DNA of 64,000 nt, from assembly GCA_965204375.1 (NCBI GenBank), contig OZ241986.1, forward strand, positions 2,304,001 to 2,368,000. Direction: 5' to 3'. Positions within the stretch are counted from its first letter, which is position 1, and every line of letters begins with the position of its first letter. The notes under the pieces were generated by a model. That model ran no database searches, was not told where the DNA came from, and saw nothing but the letters and a program-made list of their open reading frames with translations. This DNA comes from Candidatus Latescibacterota bacterium. Lineage in GTDB: Bacteria; Latescibacterota; UBA2968. Shown here piece after piece: positions 41,901 to 56,900 of this stretch. The translations under genes and the position numbers were made by a program.

Positions 41901-44900
41901 GATCGTCGCACTGCCATTCTCCGCATCGTCATCCGCAACCCCACTCACTGTCACTGTCTGTGCTGTGCTCCAATTGCTTGAGGTAAATGTCACAGTCGCT
42001 GGGGACACTGTCGCCACACTTACCGCACTACTCCTCGCGCTCACCGTTACATTACCACCCGGCTTACTGCTCAGTTTCAGCGTATAGGTCTTGCTCGAAC
42101 CCTCATTTATCGTCAGACTGGTTGGATTGACTACCACACCTGCCGTCTCGTCATCAGTTACGGATACCGCTACCTGATCCGCTGTGGTCACAGAGCCGTA
42201 TCCACTCACCGTATGACTGATCGTAGCACTGCCATTGTCTGCATCGTCATCCGAAACCCCGCTCACCGTCACTGTCTGCGCTGTGCTCCAATTGCTTGAG
42301 GTGAATGTCACAGTCGCAGGGGACACTGTCGCCACACTTACCGCACTACTCCTCGCACTCACCGTCACAGTCCCACCTGGCTGACTGCTCAGTTTCAACG
42401 TATAGGTCTTACTCGAACCCTCACCCACTGTCAGCGTCTTGGGGTCAACCACCACACCCGCCATGTCGTCATCCGTAATCGTCAGTGACGTCCCATTCAC
42501 CGTCAGACCTGTGGCACTGCCACCCACCGAAACCGTCTCATTACCCTCCGCAACTGAATCGTCCGTCGGACTAATTGTAAACGTCCCGCTACCACTTGTA
42601 TTCCCCGATGCTATCGTCACCGTCACATCAGACACAGTACCATAGTCCGTGCCCTCCGTGGCACTGTCACTACCATCCCCTATCGAGACTATCACCGTCG
42701 TCGCCACCGTCCTGGCAGATTCATTCAATGTCGCTGTCACGCTCACTGTCGTCGCGCTGTCATCTTCACCAACCGACGAGGGAGATACAGACAAAGACAC
42801 CTCGGTCGAAGCCGTATCATCATCCGTCACAGACACCGCTACTTGATCCGCTGTGGTGACAGAGCCATACCCACTCACCGTATGACTGATCGTAGCACTG
42901 CCATTCTCCGCATCATCGTCAGCAACCCCGCTCACTGTCACCGTCTGCGCTGTGCTCCAATTGCTTGAGGTGAACGTCACAGTCGCAGGGGACACTGTCG
43001 CCACACTTACCGCACTACTCCTCGCACTCACCGTCACATTTCCACCCGGCTTACTACTCAGTTTCAACGTATAGGTATTCGTGTTGCCCTCACCCACTGT
43101 CAACGTCTTCGGATCAACCACCACACCCGCCGTCTCGTCATCAGTTACGGATACCGCTACTTGATCCGCTGTGGTCACAGAGCCATACCCACTCACCGAA
43201 TGACTGATCGTGGCACTGCCATTGTCTGCATCGTCATCCGCAACCCCGCTCACCGTCACTGTCTGCGCTGTGCTCCAATTGCTTGAGGTGAATGTCACAG
43301 TCGCAGGGGACACTGTCGCCACACTTACCGCACTACTCCTCGCACTCACCGTCACATTACCACCCGGCTTACTGCTCAGTTTCAGCGTGTAGGTATTCGT
43401 CGATCCCTCATCCACTGTCAGCGTCTTGGGGTCAACCACCACACCTGCCATGTCGTCATCCGTAATCGTCAGTGACGTCCCATTTACCGTCAGACCTGAC
43501 GTGCTACCATCCACCGAAACCGTCTCATTACCCTCCGCAACTGAATCGTCCGTCGGCGTAATTGTAAACGTCTCGCTACCACTCGTCTGACCCGATGAGA
43601 TCGTCACCGTCACATCAGACACAGTACCATAGTCCGTGCCCTCCGTTGCACTGTCACTGCCAGAACCCACGCTCACCGTCACCGTCGTCGCCACTGTCCG
43701 GACAGATTCATTCAACGTCGCTGTCACGCTCACTGTCGTTGCAGAATCATCCTCACCAACCGACGAGGGAGATACAGACAATGTCACCTCAGTCGAAGCC
43801 GTATCATCATCAGTAACAGACACCGCTACCTGATCCGCTGTGGTCACAGAGCCATACCCACTCACCGTATGACTGATCGTCGCACTGCCATTCTCCGCAT
43901 CACCGTCTTGAACCCCACTCACTGTCACCGTCTGCGCATCACTCCAATTGCTGGAAGTGAACGTCACAGTCGCAGGGGACACTGTCGCTACACTTATCGC
44001 ACCACTCCTCGCACTCACCGTTACATTTCCACCAGGCTTACTGCTCAGTTTCAACGTGTAAGTCTTCGTCGATCCCTCACCTACTGTCAGACTGGTTGGA
44101 TTGACAACCACACCTGCCGTCTCGTCATCGGTAACAGACACCGCTACCTGATCCGCTGTGGTTACGCTACCATACCCACTCACCGAATGACTGATCGTAG
44201 CACTGCCATTGTTTGCATCATCATCCGAAACCCCACTCACCGTCACTGTCTGCGCATCACTCCAATTGCTGGAAGTGAACGTCACAGTCGCTGGGGACAC
44301 TGTCGCTACACTTATCGCACTACTCCTCGCACTCACCGTTACATTTCCACCAGGCTTACTGCTCAGTTTCAACGTGTAAGTCTTCGTCGATCCCTCACCT
44401 ACTGTCAGACTGGTTGGATTGACAACCACACCTGCCGTCTCGTCATCGGTAACAGACACCGCTACCTGATCCGCTGTGGTTACGCTACCATACCCACTCA
44501 CCGAATGACTGATCGTAGCACTGCCATTGTTTGCATCATCATCCGAAACCCCACTCACCGTCACTGTCTGCGCATCACTCCAATTGCTGGAAGTGAACGT
44601 CACAGTCGCTGGGGACACTGTCGCTACACTTATCGCACTACTCCTCGCACTCACCGTTACATTTCCACCTGGCTTACTGCTCAGTTTCAACGTGTAGGTA
44701 TTCGTGCTACCCTCATCCACTGTCAGCGTCTTCGGATCAACCACCACACCTGCCGTCTCGTCATCAGTTACGGTGATGTCCACAGAGTCCACTGTCAGGC
44801 TGGACGAATACTTGCTATCACTGCTGGTGGACTGATGACTGATCGTAGCACTGTCGTTGTCTGCATCATCGTCCGCAACCCCACTCACTGTCACTGTCTG

Positions 44901-47900
44901 CGCTGTGCTCCAATTGCTTGACGTGAATGTCACAGTCGCAGGGGACACTGTCGCCACACTTATCGCACTACTCCTCGCACTCACTGTCACATTTCCACCT
45001 GGCTTACTGCTCAGTTTCAAGGTGTAGGTATTCGTGCTGCCCTCATCCACTGTCAGCGTCTTCGGATCAACCACCACACCTGCCATGTCATCATCCGTCA
45101 CAGACACCGCCACCTGATCCGCTGTGGTCACAGAGCCATACCCACTCACTGTATGACTGATCGTAGCACTGCCATTGTCTGCATCATCATCCGCAACCCC
45201 ACTCACCGTCACCGTCTGTGCTGTGCTCCAATTGCTGGAAGTGAATGTCACAGTCACTGGGGACACTGTCGCCACACTTATCGCACTACTCCTCGCACTC
45301 ACCGTCACATTTCCACCCGGCTCACTGTTCAGTTTCAAGGTGTAGGTATTCGTGCCACCCTCACCCACTGTCAGACTGGTTGGGTCAACCACCACACCTG
45401 CCGTCTCGTCATCGGTCACAGACACCGCCACTGAGGCCACTGTCAGGCTGGACGAATACTTGCTATCACTGCTGGTGGACTGATGGCTGATCGTCGTACT
45501 GCCATCCTCTGCATCATTGTCTTGAACCCCGCTCACCGTCACTGTCTGTGCATCACTCCAATTGCTGGAAGTGAACGTCACAGTCGTTGGGGACACTGTC
45601 GCCACACTTACCGCACCACTCCTCGCACTCACCGTCACATTCCCACCTGGCTGACTGCTCAGTTTCAGCGTGTAGGTCTTACTCGAACCCTCACCCACTG
45701 TCAGGCTGGTTGGGTCAACCACCACACCTGCCTCATCGTCATCAGTGACGGATACCGCCACCTGATCCGCTGTGGTCACGGAGCCATACCCACTCACCGT
45801 ATGGGTAATCGTGGTATTGTCGTTGTCTGCATCATCGTCCGCAACCCCACTCACTGTCACTGTCTGTGCATCACTCCAATTGCTTGAGGTGAATGTCACA
45901 GTCACTGGCGATACTGTCGCCACACTTACCGCACTACTCCTCGCACTCACCGTCACATTTCCACCTGGCTGACTGCTCAGTTTCAAGGTGTAGGTATTCG
46001 TGCTACCCTCACCCACTGTCAACGTCTTGGGATCAACCACCACACCTGCCATGTCGTCATCCGTAATCGTCAGTGACGTCCCATTCACCGTCAGACCTGT
46101 GGCACTGCCACCCACCGAAACCGTCTCATTACCCTCCGCAACTGAATCGTCCGTCGGACTAATTGTAAACGTCCCGCTACCACTTGTCTGACCCGATGAT
46201 ATCGTCACCGTCACATCAGACACAGTACCATAGTCCGTGCCCTCCGTTGCACTGTCACTACCATCCCCTATCGAGACTATCACCGTCGTCGCCACCGTCC
46301 GGGCAGATTCATTCAATGTCGCTGTCACACTCACCGTCGTCGCGCTGTCATCTTCACCTACCGACGAGGGAGATACAGACAACGCCACCTCGGTCGAAGC
46401 CGTATCATCATCCGTCACAGACACCGCCACCTCATCTGCTGTGGTGACAGACCCATACCCACTCACCGAATGACTGATCGTCGCACTGCCATTGTCTGCA
46501 TCATCGTCAGCAACCCCGCTCACTGTCACCGTCTGCGCTGTGCTCCAATTGCTTGAGGTGAATGTCACAGTCGCTGGGGACACTGTCGCCACACTTGTCG
46601 CACTACTCCTCGCGCTCACCGTTACATTACCACCAGGCTTACTGCTCAGTTTCAACGTGTAAGTCTTCGTCGATCCCTCACCTACTGTCAGACTGGTTGG
46701 ATTGACCACCACACCTGCCGTCTCGTCATCGGTAACAGACACCGCTACCTGATCCGCTGTGGTCACGGAGCCATACCCACTCACCGTATGACTGATCGTC
46801 GCACTGCCATTGTTTGCATCATCATCCGAAACCCCACTCACTGTCACTGTCTGCGCATCACTCCAATTGCTTGAGGTGAATGTCACAGTCGCAGGGGACA
46901 CTGTCGCTACACTTATCGCACTACTCCTCGCACTCACCGTTACATTACCACCAGGCTTACTGCTCAGTTTCAACGTGTAGGTATTCGTGTTGCCCTCACC
47001 CACTGTCAACGTCTTCGGATCAACCACCACACCTGCCATGTCGTCATCGGTAATCGTCAGCGACGTCCCATTCACCGTCAGACCTGACGTGCTACCACCC
47101 ACCGAAACCGTCTCATTCCCCTCCGCAACTGAATCATCACTCGGCGTAATTGTAAACGTCCCGCTACCACTTGATGAACCAGCGGCTATGGTCACTGTAA
47201 CATCCGCCACAGTACCATAGTCCGTGCCCTCCGTCGCACTGTCATTGGTAGCCCCTATCGAGACTGTCACTGCCGTCGCGCCGGGCAGTGCTGACCCGTT
47301 CAACATTGCCTTCACACTCACCGTCTGAGCACCACCATCCTCTGTCACAGCACTCGGATTCAGACTCAATCCTATCCCGGTCGGTGCCGCATCATTATCC
47401 ATGATTTTCAGATCCGCACTCGTCACTGTGAAACCCGACGCCGTGCCATTGACTGAAACCTTTTCTTCTCCTTCCGCTATCCCATCATCACTCGGCGTAA
47501 TGGTAAATGTCCCGGTACTACTTGACGAATTAGCTGCTATCGTCACCGTGACGTCATTCACTGATGCGTAGTCCGTGCCCTCCGTTGCACTGTCACTGGT
47601 AGTCCCTATTGAGACTGTCACCGTCGTCGCAGCAGGCAGGGTCACACTGCCTGATATTGTCGCTGTCACTGTCACAGTCGTCGCGCCAGCACCTTCACCT
47701 ACCATTGCAGGTGACAAAGACAGACGAATGCCTGTCGGTGCTGTGTCATTGTCGGTAATTGTACCCGTCGCCTCAAGCGTGTTTCCGCCACCTGAAAGCG
47801 TCGCATTCACCGCATTGCTCAACGTCACCTTAAATGTCTCATTACCCTCATATATCGTGTCATCACTGATCGTCACACTAATCGCCTGGCTCAACCCATC

Positions 47901-50900
47901 CCCTGAACTGAACGTCACACGACCATCCGTCACTGCTGTATAGTCCTTACCCGCCTCTGCCGTTCCATCCACTGTCACCCAACTCACCGTCACGGCCTTG
48001 CTACTCGACACACTCAAACCCACCGTAAACGTCATCGTACCTGCATTCTCAGCAGCACTCGCATTACCGATGCTCAGCACAGGCACTGTGGTTTCTGTAA
48101 TGTTCACCACCACACTTGAAGCCGTCTTACCACTATAGTCTCCCGTGCTGCTGACACTATGCCTAATCGTCACTTTATCATCCACCACCGCATCGTTGTC
48201 CGTAGCCACGCTCACCGTCACCGTCTGTGCTGTGCTCCAATTGGTCGTCGTGAACGTCACAGTTGTTGGACTTGCCGACACATCTGTCCCTGTTGGCACG
48301 CTCACTCCAACCGTCACTGACGCTGTCGGCTCAGAATCCAGCACCACCGTATAGGTCTTGCTCGAACCCTCATTTATCGTCAGACTGGTTGGGTCAACCG
48401 TCACGCCTGCTGTCTCGTCATCCGTCACAGACACGGCCACCGAGGCCACTGTCAGGCTCGACGAATACTTGCTATCGCTGCTGGAAGACTGATGGCTGAT
48501 CGTCGCACTGTCATTGTTCGCATCATCGTCCGCAACCCCACTCACTGTCACCGTCTGTGCATCACTCCAATTGCTTGAGGTGAATGTCACAGTCGCTGGG
48601 GACACTGTCGCAACACTTATCGCGCTACTACTCGCACTCACCGTCACATTTGTTGAAGGCTTACTGCTCAGTTTCAACGTATAGGTATTCGTGCTGCCCT
48701 CATCCACTGTCAGCGTCTTCGGGTCAACCTCCACGCCCGCCATGTCGTCATCGGTAATCGTCAGCGACGTCCCATTTACCGTCAGACCTGATGTGCTACC
48801 ACGCACCGAAACTGTCTCATCCCCTTCTGCAACTGAATCATTCACCGGACTAATCGAAAACGTCCCTTCACCACTCGTCTTCCCCGATGATATTGTTACC
48901 GTGATCGCGGCCACTGCCCCATAATCGGCAGGCGAAGTCGCCGTCCCATCAGACACACTCACCGTCACGGCCGTCGCGCCGGGCAGTGCTGAACCATTCA
49001 GCATCGCCTTCACGGTCACCGTCTGAGCACCACCATCCTCTGTCACAGCACTCGGATTCAGACTCAAAACGATACCTGTCGGTGCCGTGTCATTATCCAT
49101 GATTTTCAGATCTGCACCCGTCACATCAAGGCCGGTAGCAGAGCCGTTCACTGAGACCTTCTCTTCTCCTTCCGCGATCCCATCGTCACTCGGCGTTATG
49201 GTAAACGTCCCGCTACCACTTGACGAATTAGCTGCTATCGTCACTGCCACATCCGACACAGCACCATAGTCTGTACCTTCTGTTGCACTGTCACTGCCAT
49301 CACCCACGCTCACTGTCACCGTCGTCGCATCAGGTAGTGTCACACTGCCTGATATTGTCGCTGTCACTGTCACCGTCGTCGCGCCGTCACCCTCACTAAC
49401 CATCGCAGGCGACAAAGACAGACGAACACTCATCGGTGCGGTGTCATTGTCTGTAATTGTGCCCGTCGCTTCAAGCGTGGACCCGCCACCAGACAGCGTC
49501 GCATTCACCGCATTGCTCAATGTCACCTTGAACGTCTCGTTACCCTCAGCTATATTATCATCGCTGATCGTCACACTCACGGTCTTGCTCAGCGCATCCC
49601 CTGAACTAAACGTCACACGACCATCCGTCACTGCCGTATAATCCTTGCCCGCCTCTGCCGTCCCATCCGTAGTCGCCCAACTCACCGTCACGGCATCACT
49701 ACTCGCCACACTCAAACTCACCGTAAACGTCAGCGTCCCTGCACCCTCAGCAGCACTCGCATTACCGATGCCCAACACAGGCACTGTGGTTTCTGTGATA
49801 CTCACCACCACACTTGAAGCCGTCTTACCATTATAGTCACCTGTGCTGCTGACACTATGCGTAATCGTCACCTGTGCATCCGCCACCGCATCAGCATCCG
49901 CAGCCACGCTCACCGTCACCGTCTGTGCTGTGCTCCAGTTATCCGCTGTGAAGGTCAGACTCGTCGGACTCGCTGACACATCCGTCCCTGTCGGCACGCT
50001 CACACCAACCGTCACTGACGCTGTTGGCTTAGAGGTCAGTTTCATCGTATAGATCTTACTCGCACCCTCATTCACTGTCAGACTGGTTGGGTCAACCGTC
50101 ACACCAGTCGTCTCGTCATCAGTGACGGATACCGCCACTGAGGCCACTGTCAGACTGGACGAATACTTGCTATCACTGCTGGTGGACTGATGGCTGATCG
50201 TCGCACTTTCATTGTTTGCATCATCATCCGAAACCCCACTCACCGTCACCGTCTGTGCTGTGCTCCAATTGCTTGAGGTGAATGTCACAGACCCTGGCGA
50301 TACTGTCGCCACAGCCAGCGCACTACTGGTCGCCGTTACCGTCACATTACCGCCTGGCTGGCTGCTCAGTTTCAATGTGTAGGTATTCGTAGAACCCTCA
50401 TCCACTGTCAGCGTCTTCGGAGAAACCACCACGCTGGCCGTCTCGTCATCGTTCACGGTGATGGTCACAGAATCCACTGTCAGACTGGATGAATACTTGC
50501 TATCGCTACTGGACGACGAATGACTGATCGTCGCACTGCCATTGTTTGCATCATCATCCGCAACCCCACGCACCGTTACCGTCTGCGCCGTGCGCCAATT
50601 GGTCGTCGAGAACGTCACAGTCGCTGGGGACACCCTCGCCACATCTGTAGCATTACTGCTCGCACTCACTGTCACATTACCACTTGGCTGGCTGCTCAGC
50701 TTCAACGTGTAGGTATTCGTTGATCCCTCATTCACTGTCAGACTGGCTGGGTCAACCACCACACCTGCCATGTCGTCATCCGTAATCGTCAGCGACGTTC
50801 CATTCACCGTCAGACCTTCCGTCGAACCCGTCACCGAAACCGTCTCATTACCCTCCGCAACAGAATCATCATTCGGCGTAATCGTAAACGTCTCTTCACC

Positions 50901-53900
50901 ACTTGTCTTCCCCGATGATATCGTCACCGTGACGTCATTCACAGATGCATAGTCCGTGCCCTCCGTCGCACTGTCATTGGTAGCCCCTATCGAGACTGTC
51001 ACCATCGTCGCCACGGTCCGGGCATCTGCATTCAGACTCGCTGTCACTGTCACTGTCGTCGCAGAATCATCCTCACCAACCGACGAGGGTGATACAGACA
51101 ACGCCACCGAACTGGATGCTGTATCATCATCCCTTAGCGTCAAACTCGCTGTCCCGCCAGTCAAACCTTCCGTCGAACCCGTCACCGAAACTGTCTCATC
51201 CCCTTCCGCTACTGAATCATTCACTGGACTAATTGAAAACGTCCCTTCACCACTTGTCTGACCGGCTGCTATCGTCACCGTCACATCCGACACAGCACCA
51301 TAGTCCGTGCCCTCTACTGCACTGTCATTGGTAGCCCCTATCGAGACTGTCACTGTCGTCGCATTAGGCAGTGCTGACCCGTTCAACATTGCCTTCACAC
51401 TCACCGTCTGAGCACCACCATCTTCTGTCACATGACTCGGACTCAGACTCAATCCTATCCCGGTCGGTGCCGCATCATTATCCATGATTTTCAGATCCGC
51501 ACCCGTCACTGTGAAACCCGACGCCGTGCCATTGACTGAAACCTTTTCTTCTCCTTCCGCGATCCCATCATCACTCGGTGTGATCGTAAACGTCCCGCTA
51601 CCACTCGACGAATTAGCTGCTATCGTCACCGTCACATCAGACACAGCACCATAGTCCGTGCCCTCTACTGCACTGTCACCCACATTACCCACACTCACCG
51701 TTACCGTCGTTGCACCCGGCAGGGTCACACTCCCATCTATTGTCGCTGTCACTGTCACCGTCGTTGCGCCGTCACCTTCACCAACCATCGCAGGCGACAA
51801 AGACAGACGAACACTCATCGGTGCTGTGTCATTGTCTGTAATTGTGCCCGTCGCTTCAAGCGTCGCCCCTCCACCTGATAGCGTCGCATTCACCGCATTG
51901 CTCAACTTCACCTTGAACGTCTCGTTACCCTCAGCTATCGTATCATCGCTGATTGTCACACTAATCGCCTGACTTAGCCCATCCCCTGAACTAAACGTCA
52001 CACGACCATCTGTCACTGCCGTATAGTCCTTGCCCGCCTCGGCTGTCCCATCCGCTGTCACCCAACTCACCGTCACGGCATCACTACTCGCCACACTCAA
52101 ACTCACCGTAAACGTCAGCGTCCCTGCACCCTCAGCAGCACTCGCATTACCGATGCCCAACACAGGCACTGTGGTTTCTGTGATACTCACCACCACACTT
52201 GAAGCCGTCTTACCATTATAGTCACCTGTGCTGCTGACACTATGCGTAATCGTCACCTGTGCATCCGCCACCGCATCAGCATCCGCAGCCACGCTCACCG
52301 TCACCGTCTGTGCTGTGCTCCAGTTATCCGCTGTGAAGGTCAGACTCGTCGGACTCGCTGACACATCCGTCCCTGTCGGCACGCTCACACCAACCGTCAC
52401 AGACGCTGTTGGCTCAGAGGTCAGTTTCACCGTATAGGTCTTGCTCGCACCCTCATTTATCGTCAGACTGGTTGGGTCAACCGTCACGCCTGCTGTCTCG
52501 TCATCCGTCACAGACACGGCCACCGAGGCCACCATCAGGCTGGACGAATACTTGCTATCACTGCTGGAAGACTGATGGCTGATCGTCGCACTGTCATTGT
52601 TCGCATCATCGTCCGCAACCCCGCTCACTGTCACCGTCTGTGCATCACTCCAATTGCTTGAGGTGAATGTCACAGTCGCTGGAGACACTGTCGCCACACT
52701 TACCGCACCACTGGTCACCGTTACCGTCACATTTCCACCTGGCTGACTGTTCAGTTTCAGCGTGTAGGTATTCGTGCTACCCTCATCCACTGTCAGCGTC
52801 TTGGGGTCAACCACCACACCTGCCATGTCGTCATCCGTAATCGTCAGTGACGTCCCATTCACCGTCAGATCTGTGGCACTGCCACCCACCGAAACCGTCT
52901 CATTACCCTCCGCAACAGAATCATTCACTGGACTAATCGTAAACGTCACCTTACCACTCGTCTGACCCGCTGTGATCGTCACCGTCACATCCGACACAGT
53001 ACCATAGTCCGTGCCCTCTACCGCACTGTCACCGGTAGCTCCGACAGACACCGTCACCGTCGTTGCATCAGGCAGTATCGACCCTGAAAGCGTTGCCGTC
53101 ACTGTCACAGTCGTTGCGCCGTCACCCTCACCTACCATATCAGGCGACACAGACAGACGAACACCTGTCGGTGCTGTGTCATTGTCTGTAATCGTCAGCT
53201 CCGTTCCGTTCACCGTAAGAGAGGACGAACCCGTCACTGAAACCGTCTCATCCCCTTCCGCTATCGAATCATCATTCGGCTTAATCGTAAACGTCCCCGT
53301 ACTACTTGTCAGACCCGATGCTATCGTCACCGTCACATCCGACACGGCACTATAGTCCGTGCCCTCCGTTGCACTGTCACTGCCAGAACCCACGCTCACC
53401 GTGACCGTCGTCGCCACTGTCCGCGCATCTGCATTCAACGTCGCTGTCACACTCACCGTCGTCGCGCCGTCACCCTCACCAACCGACGAAGGAGATACAG
53501 ACAACGCCACCTCAGTCGAAGCCGTATCATCATCACGGATGTCGATCTCGATCTGGTTTCTATCGGAGATGCTTGCCGAAACTTCGCTGTTGACAAGTGC
53601 CATCTGCAGATGAAGCGTCTCAGTCTCCTCGTAGAGGTTGTCCCCAATAATGGTGATCTCACAGCTATCTGCACTGTCGGTCAGGATGCAGTTGCCGAGT
53701 GTGAAATCGTCCTCTGTGGCGGTGCTGGTGTTGTTTCGCGTGAAACTGAGCTCTATGTCACCCTCCCACGCCTTGTCCGCGTTTACCGGGAATCGGCGTA
53801 ATTGATCTGTGTCCGTTTCGTTAAGCGTCACTTTGGTGCCCCTGGATAACGTGACTACTTCGCTTCTGTCCGTTATCTTGACCATAAACCTTGCGTCTTG

Positions 53901-56900
53901 GGGATGAGGTGTGTAGCCGTCTCCGGGTTCGATAGTGATTAATATGTATTCCGGCGGCTCTATGACTTCGTCATCGCAGACCACGATCTGGAATTGGATA
54001 GAAGTTACTCCCATGCCCACAGACGCTCCCTCGACCATCACGATATCTACTCCACCATCGCTGCAACTACCAGTGGTTACAGCGGTGGCGAGTCTCTTGC
54101 CCGGCGAGGGAACCGCCTTCAATTTGACAATGGCTGAGGACAACTGTATGCCGGTACTGAAGTCTAACGCGATGGTAAACGATTGATCTCTTTCCGTCAC
54201 TCCTTCGATCACCTCCAACGAGGTATCCGTGAAGGAGACCGTGGGCGGTCCTTCATCGTCATCATTAATGGTTCCGGTCGCCAATTGCCTTTTGTAGTTA
54301 GTGTTCCCAGTTATGTTACTCAGCGTCAGCCTCAGCGTCTCGGACGCCCCTTCATTGAAAGTGTCGCCCGTCACCATCACGACCACGTCCATCGCGGATA
54401 CGCCCGGATTGAACGTCAGTGTACCTCTCCCCGCCGTGTAGTCCACGCCCGCCTTCGCCGTGCCGTCGCTCGTCGCCCATTCCACCATGGTTTCCCTGTC
54501 CGCCGGAGGCGACAGCGTCACCGTAAACACCAACTCGGTCTCGCCCGCGTCGCCCTCGGTCACCTCGGCATCCGCCACAGAGAACGCCGAAATGCCCTCG
54601 TCGTCAATCACCGTCACTGTCACCGCGCCGCTCACCATAGCATAGTCGCCCCCACTCGCCCCATGGACGATATTCGCCGTGCGGTCCGACGCGTTATCTA
54701 CATTGTCGTCCGTCCCCATCACCGTCACCGTCTGCGCTGTGTTCCAGGCGTCCGTCGCAAACGTCAGTGAGGTGGGGGTGACACGCGCCACAGCATTGTC
54801 TTCCGAGCTGACCGAGACCGTCACTTCCGCCGTGGGCTTCGACGTCAATGCCACCGCGTAGGTCGCCGTATTCATCGCACCCGATGCCTCTGTCACCGTC
54901 ACGCTCTGCGGCGACAGCGCGAGACCACGCTCGTCGTCGTCGATAATCGTACCCGTCGCGCTCGCCGTGCCGAGTGTGGCACCCCCAGTCGGGTTACTCA
55001 GCGTCACTGTCACCGCCTCGTTGTCCTCGTCAATCTCATCGCCATACACCGACACCGTCACCGCCTTCTCGGTCTCGCCCGCAGCGAAATTCTTTGAGCT
55101 GATCCTCGCTATGTAGTCCAGCCTCGCCTTCGCCGTGCCGTCGCTCGTCGCCCAGTCCACCCTGGTTTCCCTGTCCGCCGGAGGCGACAGCGTCACCGTA
55201 AACACCAACTCGGTCTCGCCCGCGTCGCCCTCCATCACCTCGGCATTCGCCACAGAGAACGCCGAGATGTCCTCGTCAATCACCGTCACTGTCACCGCGC
55301 CGCTGACCATAGCATAGTCGCCTCCACTCGCCACATGGACGATATTCGCCGTGCGGTCCGACGTGTTATCTACGTTGTCGTCCGTCCCCATCACCGTCAC
55401 CGTCTGCGCTGTGTTATAGCCGTCCGTCGCAAACGTCAGTGAGGTGGGAGTGACACGCGCCACAGCATCGTCTTCCGAGCTGACCGATACCGTCACCTCC
55501 GCCGTGGGTTGCGATGTCAACGCCACCGTGTAGGTCGCCGTGTGCATCGCACCCGATGCCTCTGTCACCGTCACGCTCTGCGGCGACAGCGCGAGACCGC
55601 GCTCGTCGTCGTCAATGATTGAGATGACCGCAATGGAATCTGCGCTTACGGTATAAGGCGCATAGGGTATTTCGGAGAGCTTGAGATAGATGGTCTCGGT
55701 GTCCTCTTTTTCGTCGTCACCCTTGATGGTGATGTCGAAGGAAACGGAGGTCTGTTGCGCGGACAGTTCGAGCGACCGGGATGGTAGGGTGTAGTCGGTA
55801 TCGAGGGTGGCTGTGCTTTCAGAACCAATATTGATGGTAACCGTGCTGGCCTCGGTCTGTGCCGGATTGATGTTCACCGTGAGGCTCAAGGTCGCGTCGC
55901 TGTCGGTCTCTGTGTGGCGATATGTGGTTTCGTCCCAACTGACATCGTATGAGCAAGTCGTGCCTGAGAATCTATGGATTTTCCCCGCCCAAGTCTGGAA
56001 CTCCATGTCTGCAGGTACACACAGCCCGGAGTTCCAGATACTCATTTGAAATAATTGCTTCAGTGCCGTGAACGTCCGGGGTAGTGGGCCCGACAACTTG
56101 TTGTTGGGGAGATTCAGGCGCCGCAGCTTGGACAGGTTGCCCAACTCTGATGGAATTGACCCCGACAAAGTGTTGGTACCGAGATGCAGGCTCGTCAGAT
56201 TGGACAGACCGCCCAACTCTGATGGAATTGACCCCGACAAAGTGTTGGCGCTGAGATTCAGGCTCGTCAGATTGGACAGGTTGCCCAACTCTGTTGGAAT
56301 TGACCCCGACAAAGCGTTGTTGGAGAGATCCAGACTCGTCAGATTGGACAGGTTGCCCAACTCTGTTGGAATTGACCCCGACAAAGCGTTGCGGGCGAGA
56401 TCCAAGCTCGTCAGATTGGACAAGCTACCCAACTCTGTTGGAATCGTCCCCATCAAATTGTTGTCGGAGAAGAACTCGAGTTGGGTGACCCGATTTTGTG
56501 AAACTTTGACGCCTTCCCAGTCGCTGATGGGTTTACTGTCATCCTTCCAGTTGGTGTTTCTATGCCAGTTCGCTCCATCGGTCGCATCGTAAAGCGCGAT
56601 CAGCGCCGCCCGGTCAGGGGACGCATCATCATCCTCTATCGTGACCGTCACACTGGCTGAACCCACAGTGTAAGGGGCATCGGCAATGGCCGAAAGGGTG
56701 AGAATGAAGACCTCTTCAAGCTCGTAGATGTCGTCACCCTTGATCGTGACGTCAAAAGTGGTGCTCTCAGTGTTTGCAGACAACATGAGGGACGTGCTGG
56801 AAACTGTGTAATCGCTCGTGCTGCTGGCGTGGTTGACGCCCGTCTGCGTGCTCTGCCCAGCACTCACGTTGACCGTACTGGCCTCGGTCAGTGCCGGGCT

